The position numbers and the translations under genes are program-made. Positions 1 to 9,538 of a stretch of DNA of 64,000 bases are shown here, piece by piece. Under the pieces are notes generated by a model. That model saw only the letters and a program-made list of their open reading frames with translations, made no database searches and was not told where the DNA came from. Source of the stretch: Podarcis melisellensis (lineage: Eukaryota). The stretch's first letter is position 1; each line of letters begins with the position of its first letter. The stretch lies in assembly GCA_964234715.1 (NCBI GenBank), contig OZ174282.1; one strand, written 5' to 3'.

Positions 1-330
1 CCTCGGGCCATTTAATTTTGGCGTGGCGCGCTCACTCCTCCTTGCCTTTTCGGAACAGCACCGAGCTTTACCTGCGGTTTTCTTTCGGTCGTTTTTTTTC
101 CTGCTCTAGAAGCCTTTTGTTTTGTTTTGAACTTCGTTGCCTTCCCCAGCAGTGCTTAGCAGCCGGGCTGCAGCCACCGCTTCCAGCCGGCCGGCTGCCT
201 GCAATCAGCTGTGAGGCGGGCGACTTACAGCTGGGGAGCAGCGCGTTTTTTCCTTGGGCTGCTGAAGCAGCGTCCACCGCCCTTCTGCTCTGCCTTTTGA
301 CTTCCCGCTCGCTAATTGCCAGGAGGCATT
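1..330. promoter_or_regulatory. Edge of a CpG-rich, promoter-like region
   Basis: High CpG density relative to the rest of the window. E2F-like ttttggcgtggcgcgc near 16-31, TTTGAA at 126-131, and a minus-strand donor-like ccgcag|gtaaag near 66-77. Confidence 0.45.
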
Positions 331-418
331 GCTTCAGAGGTCTCCCTTCACCACAAGCCTCAGATTGGGTGAGATGCTTTGGATCCCCTGTTTCCAGTTG
401 CTTCTCCTTGCCTCTCCC

Positions 419-542
419 CAGTGGCGTAGCGTGGGTTGTCAGCACCAGGGGCAAGGCAAGTAATTTGCGCCCCCTAACCCTAACCCCCAGATGTTGCGCC
501 GGGTGCGGCCGGCCCCCCCTGCACCCCCACGCTACGCCACTG
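419..542. mobile_element. hAT-type MITE
   Basis: TIRs cagtggcgtagcgtggg / cccacgctacgccactg; perfect 8-bp TSD cctctccc (411-418, 543-550). Confidence 0.9.
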
Positions 543-1678
543 CCTCTCCCCCCCTTAACCCTTTGCTCCACACACCCCACACCTTGCTTCTCTGTGGATT
601 TTGTGAGAACTCCGCCCCCCCTCCCCGCGGCTGTGCTCGTGCTTATTTGCATTTACTGTGTGGGTGCTTTTCAGGGTGTGTGCATCTGCCTTGTGTTGCT
701 GCTGGTCGTTTTGGCTGTGGAACCCTCTTTTCATGCTTTGCTCTGCTATGATCTTGCTATGGCAGTTGTCAGTCACCATGTTGTTGGGGCCAGGTAGGAA
801 TGTTTTCCACGTGGCAAATTGACACCAGCCATTTGGTTTTCACCTACCTAGTAGCAACCCACAGCTTTTGTGAGGTTAGGTATTGGGTAAGCTTTTGTTT
901 CGTTGGAAGAGAGGTTGTTGCCCCACCTCAGTAAGGGATCCAGGGTGTGAATACGGTCTAAAGCCTGGGCGTGGGCTAGGGCCATGTCACAGCCCCTACA
1001 GGGACCTATCTGACATAAGTTATAGGGCACTCCCTATCTGTGGTTTACTCTTCCCTGCAGACGAGCAAGAGTCAAGACATAGCCTGGCTTCACACCTGCA
1101 CCTAAGCCAAACCACTCACATCTGTAACCAATAAAGTTGTGGTCTATTTGGACCCATATTCCTTGTCAGTGTGATTTATTGTTCTCCTGGGAACTTTGTG
1201 GCTCAGGTGCCTTGGCATGCAAGCACAACTTCCGAGTAAGCATGCATAGAACTGGGCTGTCCTCTGTAGTTTGTTAAACACAGATATACTTTTTATTATA
1301 TTATTATTTATCTATTATATTATTTATCAAATTTACATACCGCCCTTCATGTAAGGATCACAGAGCGGTTTGCAGTAGAAAAAACACACACCATAAGTGT
1401 AACAATAACACACACACACACCCCACACACACCATTTAAAAGGCCATAGACTGTTTATTTCACAAAAGGTCTGGATGAGGAATGTTTTCACCTGGCACTC
1501 AGCTACTTCTGCATATGTATTTATAGGACTGGGCTCCATATGGCCCTTTGTGGGTCTGTAGCTAAAGTCTGCAGGAAAACAAAAGAGTTTGAATAAATAT
1601 GCAGATCATCTCTCAGCGAAGAGAAAAGTAATCATGCTTTTTAACATGGCAGCCGGTTGGACTAGATGACCCCTGAGG

Positions 1679-1802
1679 TAAGGTTACCAGATTTTTTTTC
1701 AATGAATCCGGGGACACTTTTCAACTTCAATGGATTTTGTATGGGGACTAATTTGTAAATCCAGGGACTGTCCCCAGGAAACGGGGAGGTCTGGTAACCT
1801 TA
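1679..1802. mobile_element. hAT-type MITE inserted in a CR1 3' end
   Basis: TIRs taaggttaccaga / tctggtaacctta; imperfect TSD ccctgagg / ccctggag; interrupts ggttggactagatgacc...cccttccaactct. Confidence 0.8.
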
Positions 1803-1959
1803 CCCTGGAGCCCCTTCCAACTCTACTGTGATTCCATGATTTCACGTGCAGATTGTGAAGGGCTCCACAAGAATCTCTCCAAACTGGGTGATGTTAAAAT
1901 GGCAAATGTGTTTCAATGTAACTTAAGTGTGAAGTGAGGATGCACATGGAGCAAAATAT

Positions 1960-1998
<39 letters not shown>

Positions 1999-2824
1999 GT
2001 ATATACAATCAAATAAATGTTGTATAAAACCATTTAAAATAATAAATTCAACAAAAAATGTGAGCCCAAGGATTTTCCTTCAACAATAATAATAAAAAAA
2101 ATCCTATTTCTCAGTGTCTCAGTACAGTTTGATAGGATTTCTGATGCTGCTGGCATTCTTTAAGAGGGGTTCACTGAAGAGCAGCTCAAGATCCAGCTGA
2201 CTACTGTCCTTGTGGATATGAAAAACCAGGAGATGGCTGGATTGTGGATGAAAGCTCTGCAGAAGTTTTCGTCCTGAAGGAGGTCAAGGAACATGTGAGT
2301 GGGCAATGAGGTATCATAACACATAACCTTTGTATAGAACATAGTGGCAAAATAGTGTAACTGATCCCAGCGGGTTTTGCAGTTGGCACTGATGAGTTCG
2401 TTTTTGGCAGGTATTGGCTTCGCTTGGAAGTTCACAGTTGAAACCATGAGCTTCCTGGCTGAGCACCTTGCTTCTATGCACTAATTTATGACCAGGGACC
2501 TCTGTTGTTTGCTCCAACAGTTTATTAAGCACTTCACTGACAAAATGGTGAAGGTAAGGTGCTGCAAGGATTGTAGAGAAGAGACTTGGACCATTTCTTT
2601 TCAGTGTGTGAGCCAACCTCATGCTATTGGGTCCCATGACATGCAATGGAAGCACTTGCTTACTATTGTTTGTTCAGAGGGGCCTGACAATTTCAGGGCA
2701 AAAGTTTAACCAGGTGTCCTGAAAAATCTTGTTTTGTGAAAGGCAGAGTTCCCAACAAGTATCTCCTCTTGGCTATCAAATGAGGGGTACTCTGTGAGGC
2801 AGTAGAGGTCTAGTGCTCCCAAGT

Positions 2825-3034
2825 GTATAAACAACTACCTGACTTTTAGAAGACATCTGAAGGTAGCCCTGTTTAGGGAAGCTTTTAATGTTTGATGTTT
2901 TATCATGTTTTCATATATTCTGTTGGGAGGCACCCAGAGGGGCTGGGGAAACCCAACCAGATGGGCGGGGTATAAATAATAAATTGGTAATAGTAATAGT
3001 AATAATAATAATAGTAATAATTAATAATAATAAT
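2825..3034 (+). mobile_element. LINE (L2-like) 3' end with (AAT)n tail
   Basis: gacttttagaagacatctgaagg...gatgggcggggtataaataat followed by an AAT microsatellite; recalled squamate L2-type 3' end. Confidence 0.7.
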
Positions 3035-3113
3035 TTCTTTGCTGGCACAGATACTGGCAGCAGCACCCTCCGCTATGGAATCCTCATCCTCACGAAGTAC
3101 CCCCAGGTAGCAG
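3032..3113 (+). pseudogene. Orphan cytochrome P450 CYP2-family exon fragment (I-helix)
   Basis: Translates NFFAGTDTGSSTLRYGILILTKYPQVA, then G|gtgagg. This matches the CYP2 consensus [24 protein letters not shown], with the donor at the phase-1 position that ends CYP2 exon 6. Confidence 0.85.
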
Positions 3114-3251
3114 GTGAGGTAAATGGTAAAGTCGTTCTGTTGCACACATTTTATTATTTATACATTTACTGCACTTCTAGGCCCCCTTTATCTTCCAAGG
3201 AGCTCAAGGGTCTGCTCCTCCCCATTTCACCCTCACAACAACCCTGTGAGT

Positions 3252-3470
3252 CAGGGGTCAGCAACCTTTTTCAGCCATGGGCCGGCCCACAGTCCCTCAG
3301 ACCATGTGGTGGGCCAGACTATATTTTGAAGGGGGGGATGAATTAATTCCTATGCCCCACAAATAACCCAGAGATGCATTTTAAATAAAAGGACACACTC
3401 TACTCATGTAAAAACGCGCTGATTCCCGGACTGTCTGTGGGCCGGATTGAGAAGGTGATTGCAGCCTAAC
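3252..3470. mobile_element. hAT MITE (partial; same family as 50669-51891)
   Basis: caggggtcagcaaccttttt TIR; internal sequence is the reverse complement of parts of 50669-51891. Confidence 0.75.
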
Positions 3471-4190
3471 TGGCCACATGAGTACTTTTTCCTGTTCTTT
3501 TTCAATGCACATTATAGAGGTGTGTGTGTTCTGAATGCAGGCTATTTATTCCACATTTTTCATCCCACTATTTGGCTCCTAAGAAGCCCTCAAGGCTTCT
3601 TCAAGTAAGAAAACACCACCCTAGAATAATGTGGACAATGGGATGATCTGCAGGGGTTTGCCACGCCATCCACCTCTTTGCCAACCAGATCAGGATGCGG
3701 AATGGTTTGGCTGCAACTGTTGGCCCCTGAGGATGTCACCCGCAGATGCCACTCACTTGTTCACAGGACCCACAGCTACAGCTCATCTGCGAGTGGGAGA
3801 TACCCAAAGATAAAGCCATTCTCCCATGCTAGCATGTGGATTTGGTTCCCTCTGGTGCCCAAAGACAGGAAATGCTGGTCTTTGCCAGCCTGCTCACATT
3901 CCCTCCCCCTTTTGATCAGTGCGTCTTGTGCTCAGAAGAGAACTGTGGTGTGTCCACCACCCCCCAATTCGTCTCCTCAGGCTTGCCTCAGTTTCTCTTT
4001 GTGGATAGTCTGGACTGAGCCAGCATCTGACTGTGTTATTGTAGAAGTTTCTCATTTCGGTTTTTATCCTAGCTTCAGCACAGGGCTCCTCTAGACACAA
4101 GTGGAAAGGGAGCATGGATTTAACGGTTTCACCTTTGGAAGTGAGAAGGGACAATTTGTAGTCATGGTTCCTCTTGTTTCCTACTTTCAG

Positions 4191-4343
4191 GATGAAGCCC
4201 TGGTTCGCGCAGCGGCAGTTAGACACCTGGGGCTGCTGCAGGGCAGGGCTGGGCAGCAGTGGTGTCCCTGCTTGCCGGAGGAAGGCATTGTGGAAGTGGT
4301 GAATGCGATCATTCACCTGGAGGACACAGAAGAGGTGGCACAG
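4191..4343 (+). pseudogene. MROH-like exon (153 nt, phase 0-0)
   Basis: ctactttcag|GATGAA...GCACAG|gtgagg; HEAT-like VRAAAVRHLG and IIHLED. Confidence 0.75.
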
Positions 4344-4513
4344 GTGAGGGCCTGTATGGATTGTTCTCTGGAACCTCATGGACATGTCCACTTTTGAGGC
4401 CGACTAACCTCTCCAGCTTCCTCCCCTTCTCTTGACTCCCTCCCTCTCCCTATCTATGACTTGGGGCTTCTTCCTTTTGGGATGCTCACCCCGCTTCTCT
4501 TCCTGCATTGCAG

Positions 4514-4618
4514 ACAGCAAAGGCTGTTCTGAAGCAGCTGGTCCCCAAAGTCATCTGGTGGGCAGAACCAAATGTGTTCCACCTGCACCATGCGCTGCAT
4601 AAGGCAGCTAAATATTTG
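4514..4618 (+). pseudogene. MROH-like exon (105 nt, phase 0-0)
   Basis: cattgcag|ACAGCA...TATTTG|gtaaga; open frame. Confidence 0.7.
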
Positions 4619-4939
4619 GTAAGATCACCTTTATTTTTGGGATGCTTCTAGCTGCTTAGTTGGCTTAGTTGGCTAAGGAGACCAGGGCAGCTTTGCGCAG
4701 GGTCATCCCGTTTTATCTTTCCAACCGCCCAGTCAGGTTGGTAATGGGAGCAGCTGTGCCAGAATCCTCTAGAGAAGCTCCTAGCCATGTGGCGAATTGG
4801 GCCCAAGTCTCCCTCATCCAGCTCCAGTGCTCTTAGTCTGTGCGTTAAATCACATGGGATGTCTTTGGCACTTAGGTTGGGTATAGGATATTCTCCTATG
4901 TGCACAAACCTGCCATTTCTCCATTTTCTTTTCTGATAG

Positions 4940-5045
4940 ATCAAGACGTACAGCAAGGACGTCGTCTGGGGTGCTGGCAAGAGCTTATTGCAGCCTGCTG
5001 CCAACAAACAGGTGTGTGTCCCGAGTGGCATCGCTGCTTGTTGGG
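4940..5045 (+). pseudogene. MROH-like exon (106 nt, phase 0-1)
   Basis: ttctgatag|ATCAAG...TGGG|gtaagt. Confidence 0.68.
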
Positions 5046-5358
5046 GTAAGTAAAGCAACACCGCTCCCTGGTAGGGAAGGATGGACCCACCTCTTGAATG
5101 ATGGAAATTACAACCCAGGCATGTGACTAGGCAGGGGCCCAGGCACCTCCTGAATCTTTTTCTGAGTGCCCCATGGAGTGTCTCAGGATGGGTAATGAAT
5201 TTCAGGAAATTGGATTGGTATGCAGGGCCACTATGCATTCATCCCTGCTCTGCCCCAGCACATCATGGCCCTTGTAAGCCACTCCTGAGAGTATCTACTT
5301 TCCTCCATTCCATTGGCCTTTCAGAGTGTGACCTCGCTTTTCCCCACTGTCCCTCTAG

Positions 5359-5421
5359 GACACCTGGCTCACAGCACGGCCACGTTCATTATGGAAGAGG
5401 ATATGTCTTCCTACTGTTCCT
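5359..5421 (+). pseudogene. MROH-like exon (63 nt, phase 1-1)
   Basis: ccctctag|GACACC...TTCCT|gtaagt; GHLAHS...EEDM. Confidence 0.68.
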
Positions 5422-6485
5422 GTAAGTGAGGAGAAAATGCTTCTGCTGAGAAGGGTGTTAAATGAAGAGAGTTTAATATTTGAAATGATCACTGCCCTCA
5501 AACATCCCCCTATTGAATGGAATGAGTTTGGGGTGGATTACCAAATGTTGTACAGTTGAAGTGAAAAGGGACAAGAATTGTCCCTTCTCCAAAACGGAAA
5601 CAACCACTGCTTGTGGACACTTGCGATGGATGAACCTATCCATTTCCATTTCTTGTTATTTATGATGTAATGCTCTTTGCTTTTAAAAACTGAATTGAAT
5701 TAAAACTCACCCAATGTTTCACTGCAGAAGGAATGGCACACAGGGAAAAAGCAAACCTAGACAACAAATGGTCAAATAGTATTTCTTAGAACGGCCAGCT
5801 GGCAGGGGAACAGTTCATGGCTAGGAGGTGTCTGGAGGAGCTGGTCCTGGAGCAGAGCTGATGGAATGAGCCCTGCTTCCTATCTCTCCCATTCAGGCAG
5901 CTTGATGGAATTACCAGGGAATAAGTTGCATTGAACTCAGTGCAATTAGTTCTGGGCAGACATGCAGAATACTGCACAGTTAAGTAGCTATTCCATGTTA
6001 AAAATGCAGCTTGTGGCCTTCCCTTTGCATACTACCCAGCTCCCCAAACTCAACACTTTGAAAATTTAGCACAATTCCACTTTGTTTGAAGCTCCAAGCA
6101 CTCTCAGCTGCCCTTTCTAGGGGATCCAGGATGCCCTTCTAGAGGGGGCCACTCTGGCGTCTTTAGTATTGATCTAATTTCAGAAGATGCAGACCTCCTG
6201 TTCCTTTGAACTTTCTAAGTTATCTAACTTTTTATAGTGACCGTCCTTGCAGAACAGTTCAAGGCTGCCCTCTAGTGGGTAGAAAGTGTCTAGAGTGGAA
6301 ACATGTTTTGGCCTGATTTTTGAAAGAACCCTGCACACCAGGGATGGGGAACCCTTTTCCGCCCGAGGGCAGCCTTCCAGGGGACAGGGGACAACGGCAG
6401 GCAGAGTGGACAGGATGCAGTTTTTTTGTATGGCACATGACATTCATAACACAAAACCAGGGGTTTCTGCACATATAAACTCACC

Positions 6486-6632
6486 CAATGCTTTTTTTTC
6501 TGGGGGAGACACAGGGGTATGCATACCCCTAAACGTTTTGTGAATCTAAATTTGGCCTCATTGATGGGAAGTATTTCAATATGAGTAGGAAAATGAGAGT
6601 ACCCCTAAACATTTTTTAAGAAAAAAGGACTG
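6486..6632. mobile_element. hAT-type MITE
   Basis: Imperfect TIRs caatgctttttttt / aaaaaaggactg; perfect 8-bp TSD aactcacc. Confidence 0.85.
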
Positions 6633-6865
6633 AACTCACCTATATCTCCCTTTAAAAAAGAATAATTCTAAGACCGTTCAGGACAAGCAATTGCAGAGGA
6701 AATGAATGCATTGCACTGAGTAGATTTGATATAATAATCTCCACATTTCCATCTGTAAGACACTGGGGGTGGGGGTAGTATGTAGCTGCACTTTTTACAA
6801 GATAGTTTTTACCTCTACAGGGAGTGTAGAGGTAGCAAACCTCTTCTTCGTTGGAAATTTAAAAA

Positions 6866-7006
6866 CCTCTCCTTCCTTGGAGGTTTTTAAGCAGAGGTTG
6901 GATGGCCGTCTGTCATGGATGCTTTAGCTGAGATTCCTGCATTGCAGGGGGTTGGACTAGATGACCCTTGGAGTCCCTTCCAACTCTACAATTCTATGAT
7001 ACTATG
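6866..7006 (+). mobile_element. CR1 LINE 3' end
   Basis: ttggaggtttttaagcagaggttggatgg...ttccaactctacaattctatgat; similar copies near 25350-25432 and 28830-28970. Confidence 0.85.
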
Positions 7007-7089
7007 ACACCCCAAATCACTCTCTGTATCTGGGAAGTGACTGCACAAGAGGTCGGCGATGCAACTGAGAGGGAGAAGAGAAGAGCAAG

Positions 7090-9522
7090 CTTTTTCTTTT
7101 CTAAAAAAAATTTATTCCATAAAATCTTATTGAAAGGAAGACAGCTATACAATGCAATGATCTGCTCTACAGAAATAAATTTTACACACTTTGAAAAAGC
7201 AGTTCTGGCATAGAGCGCTTCGGCACTCCCCTGATGTCTACAATAGCTTCTCTCCTTGCACTCTTCCTGAAGAAACGCTATTCAAGTAGCAGTAGGAATC
7301 CCGTGGGCTCTCCCAGATGCTGGTCTCCAACTCCCATAATCTCCAGTGTTTGGTCATGCTGACTGGGTCCCCTAGGAGTCCAACAAATCAGGAAGACCAC
7401 AGATTGCCCATCCTCTGCCTTAAAGGCAACAAAGCCAAACTCCACCCCCCTCACCCCATGCAAAATATTCTCACCAAGTCAGTGCTCAAGAAAACAAAAG
7501 GATTTGGGGTGTGATTTGGGGGAGGGGGAGAAAGAGAGAACAAAAAAGGTCAGCTGAGGGGTAGGCGGTAAGGGGTAGAATGAAACCCTTGAGGTACAAA
7601 AGCAGAGTTTGAGATCTTTGTATCCCTGGTCTGCCCAGAAAGGTGACTAGGACATATTGGAATGGGGTTATTGATGCTTCAACACAGGGGTGGAGAACTC
7701 CCACCAGCATGGCCAATGGCCATAGATTATGACAGTTATAGCCCAAGATTACCTGGAGGCACCCACTTACCTGTCTACCGCTGCCTTTAACAGTTGTATA
7801 GCAAAGAGTGTTCCAGGCTTTTGTCCAAAGGTATTCTGCTGGATTCAGATAAAGTGAGTGGTGCAGTCCCCACTGAAATCAATGGTTTTTTTAAGTCTTG
7901 ACAATCTTTATTCCTATGGATTTCAGTGGGTTCTAAATTCATTTAATCTGGATCCAGTGTCTCCTGACACTCCTTATTTTATGTGATTGTTGCAAGCTAT
8001 AGCAGCCCTTCTTCTATTGCATCTTACCCACCAGAAGGTTTGGCAACTGGGTAGGCTTCAGCAGTATGTAATGGCTTCTTCTCAAGGCGAGGAAACATAG
8101 AATGGCATGGGACACAGCCTTTAGCCATCTGTGCGCTGCCTACCCACTGGTACAGCATCATGTTCTGCAAGGGTAGCTTGTGCAACCAAATCAGTTGTCA
8201 AACATGGAGCCACCTACATCCGTCTTCCCCAAACAGAGGCTTGCCAAGTGATGTTGAACTACAACTCCCAGCAGCCTCAGCTGGTGTGGTCAATGGTTGT
8301 GGGCCAACATCTGGAAGGCCTGAAGCTGGGGGAAGCTGACCTACGTTAACACGCATCCAAATCCCTCCCAGCCTCTCACACAAAAGGGTGGCCAGCCCTG
8401 CAACCCAGCAGTGGCCGGCAAAATCATCCAGAAACATTCCACAAGAGATCAAGGGGTGCTGTATTTGCTAACGTTTATAAATACGAAAAGGTCAATTTCA
8501 AGCCCTTCTCAAGCACGTGACATTTGGAACTTCCAATACATTTTGCTACTTGACTAAGAAAAGGCAAGTTCCACTCTAATTTCAGAAAGTTTTTAAAAAG
8601 AAAAGGAAGAAGTCATGATTTTTTAAAAAATATACAATATATTCCATGCCATCTGCTTCCTGAAGGCAACTTGTTTTAGGCTTTGCAGTTCCTGTTATAT
8701 AGGACTAAATATGCACCAGGAAAAAAGAGGTCTCAACGTTACAAGTTTTTTGTTGTCCATCTTAAAAAAATTGTCTAAAAACAGTCCCCCTCTCTCAAAA
8801 TGCAGCATATGCCATTTAAGAACTATACAATTTTAATGCAGGATGATTTAAAATTGGTCAGTAGTGATTCTGCATATTAAGTACATCCAAAAGACATAAG
8901 CAAAAAAAAAAAAAAACCAAACAAAATCTCCCATAATGTGTCAGTTTCCTGCTAGGACAGTATTTTAAAGTTTCCTTTGTACAGAACACATGCACGCACA
9001 AGCACGCACACACTCTCAGTCTCTCTCACCCACATGCACAGGCACACATTCTTGCTTCCTGTTCACTACCTACAAAGTCTGCTCCAATATTATCTCTTCC
9101 TTTGAAAAAGCCTATGAAACAGATCAGAACATACTATTTACAGCAGAACAGGAAGTGGGGGAGGCATTATCCATTCAAACGCTGGAGCTGTCCACGTCTG
9201 ATGTGAGTCAGGGCACCCAGCTACAAGCAGGGGGTATTGCTGAATCATCTGAGGTATAGTGTTTCTCCCCCCGCCGTTGTGATTTGATGGCACTTGACAG
9301 AAACTCCTTCCAATGAAATGCAACTTTTGGACAAGGCTCTCCCCACCCCTCTTTTGTTTCCCTGAAGAAGGTCATTTCCTGGATACGATCTGAAGGCAAA
9401 TCTTAGACAAGCCTCAAAGGTTCCTCTTCAGCTCAGGAGAGGGCAACCAGCAAATGCCTCAAGTCATCAGCAACCTTCTCTGGCACATCTATCAGTGTTG
9501 GGGAGCGAGTTTTATAAAAGAT
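7090..9522 (-). other. PHACTR4: Probable PHACTR4 3' UTR (~2.4 kb)
   Basis: Follows the stop codon. Contains U-rich tracts, a Pumilio-type TGTAAATA at 9135-9142, and AATAAA (minus strand) at 7111-7116 followed by pyrimidine-rich sequence. The end point is inferred. Confidence 0.6.
7111..7116 (-). terminator. Candidate polyadenylation signal (AATAAA) of PHACTR4
   Basis: tttatt on the plus strand; TGTA elements upstream and a U/C-rich tract downstream. A second AATAAA lies at 7907-7912. Confidence 0.55.
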
Positions 9523-9538
9523 TCATGGCCGATGAAAC
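9523..9538 (-). CDS. PHACTR4: PHACTR4 last coding exon (FHRP-stop)
   Basis: cttgcag|G TTT CAT CGG CCA TGA completes the family C-terminus RFHRP*. Confidence 0.96.

Larger units (their letters stand above)
2115..5421 (+). pseudogene. Maestro/HEAT-repeat (MROH-like) gene remnant, multi-exon, convergent with PHACTR4
   Basis: AG/GT-bounded exons at 2115-2294, 2411-2553, 4191-4343, 4514-4618, 4940-5045 and 5359-5421. The last four splice in frame: DEALVRAAAVRHLGLL...IIHLEDTEEVAQ|TAKAVLKQL...LHKAAKYL|IKTYSKD...|GHLAHSTATFIMEEDM. This resembles MROH C-terminal HEAT exons. The first two exons contain in-frame stops (2161-2163, 2275-2277, 2482-2484). Confidence 0.7.

Noticed and set aside
472-487. 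Interstitial telomeric repeat (CCCTAA)
   Set aside because: Only about 2.5 units, and inside a MITE.
18-797. 259-aa (+) and 194-aa (-) ORFs
   Set aside because: They run through a TSD-flanked MITE and GC-rich low-complexity DNA, and I recognise no protein family in them.
2888-3346. 152-aa ORF as a gene
   Set aside because: It is a chimera of LINE tail, microsatellite, CYP2 fragment and MITE; only 3032-3113 derives from coding sequence.
3603-3835. Additional MROH-like exon (WDDLQ.../VCHAIHLFA)
   Set aside because: Suggestive, but it needs frameshifts and has no clear splice sites, so I cannot support boundaries.
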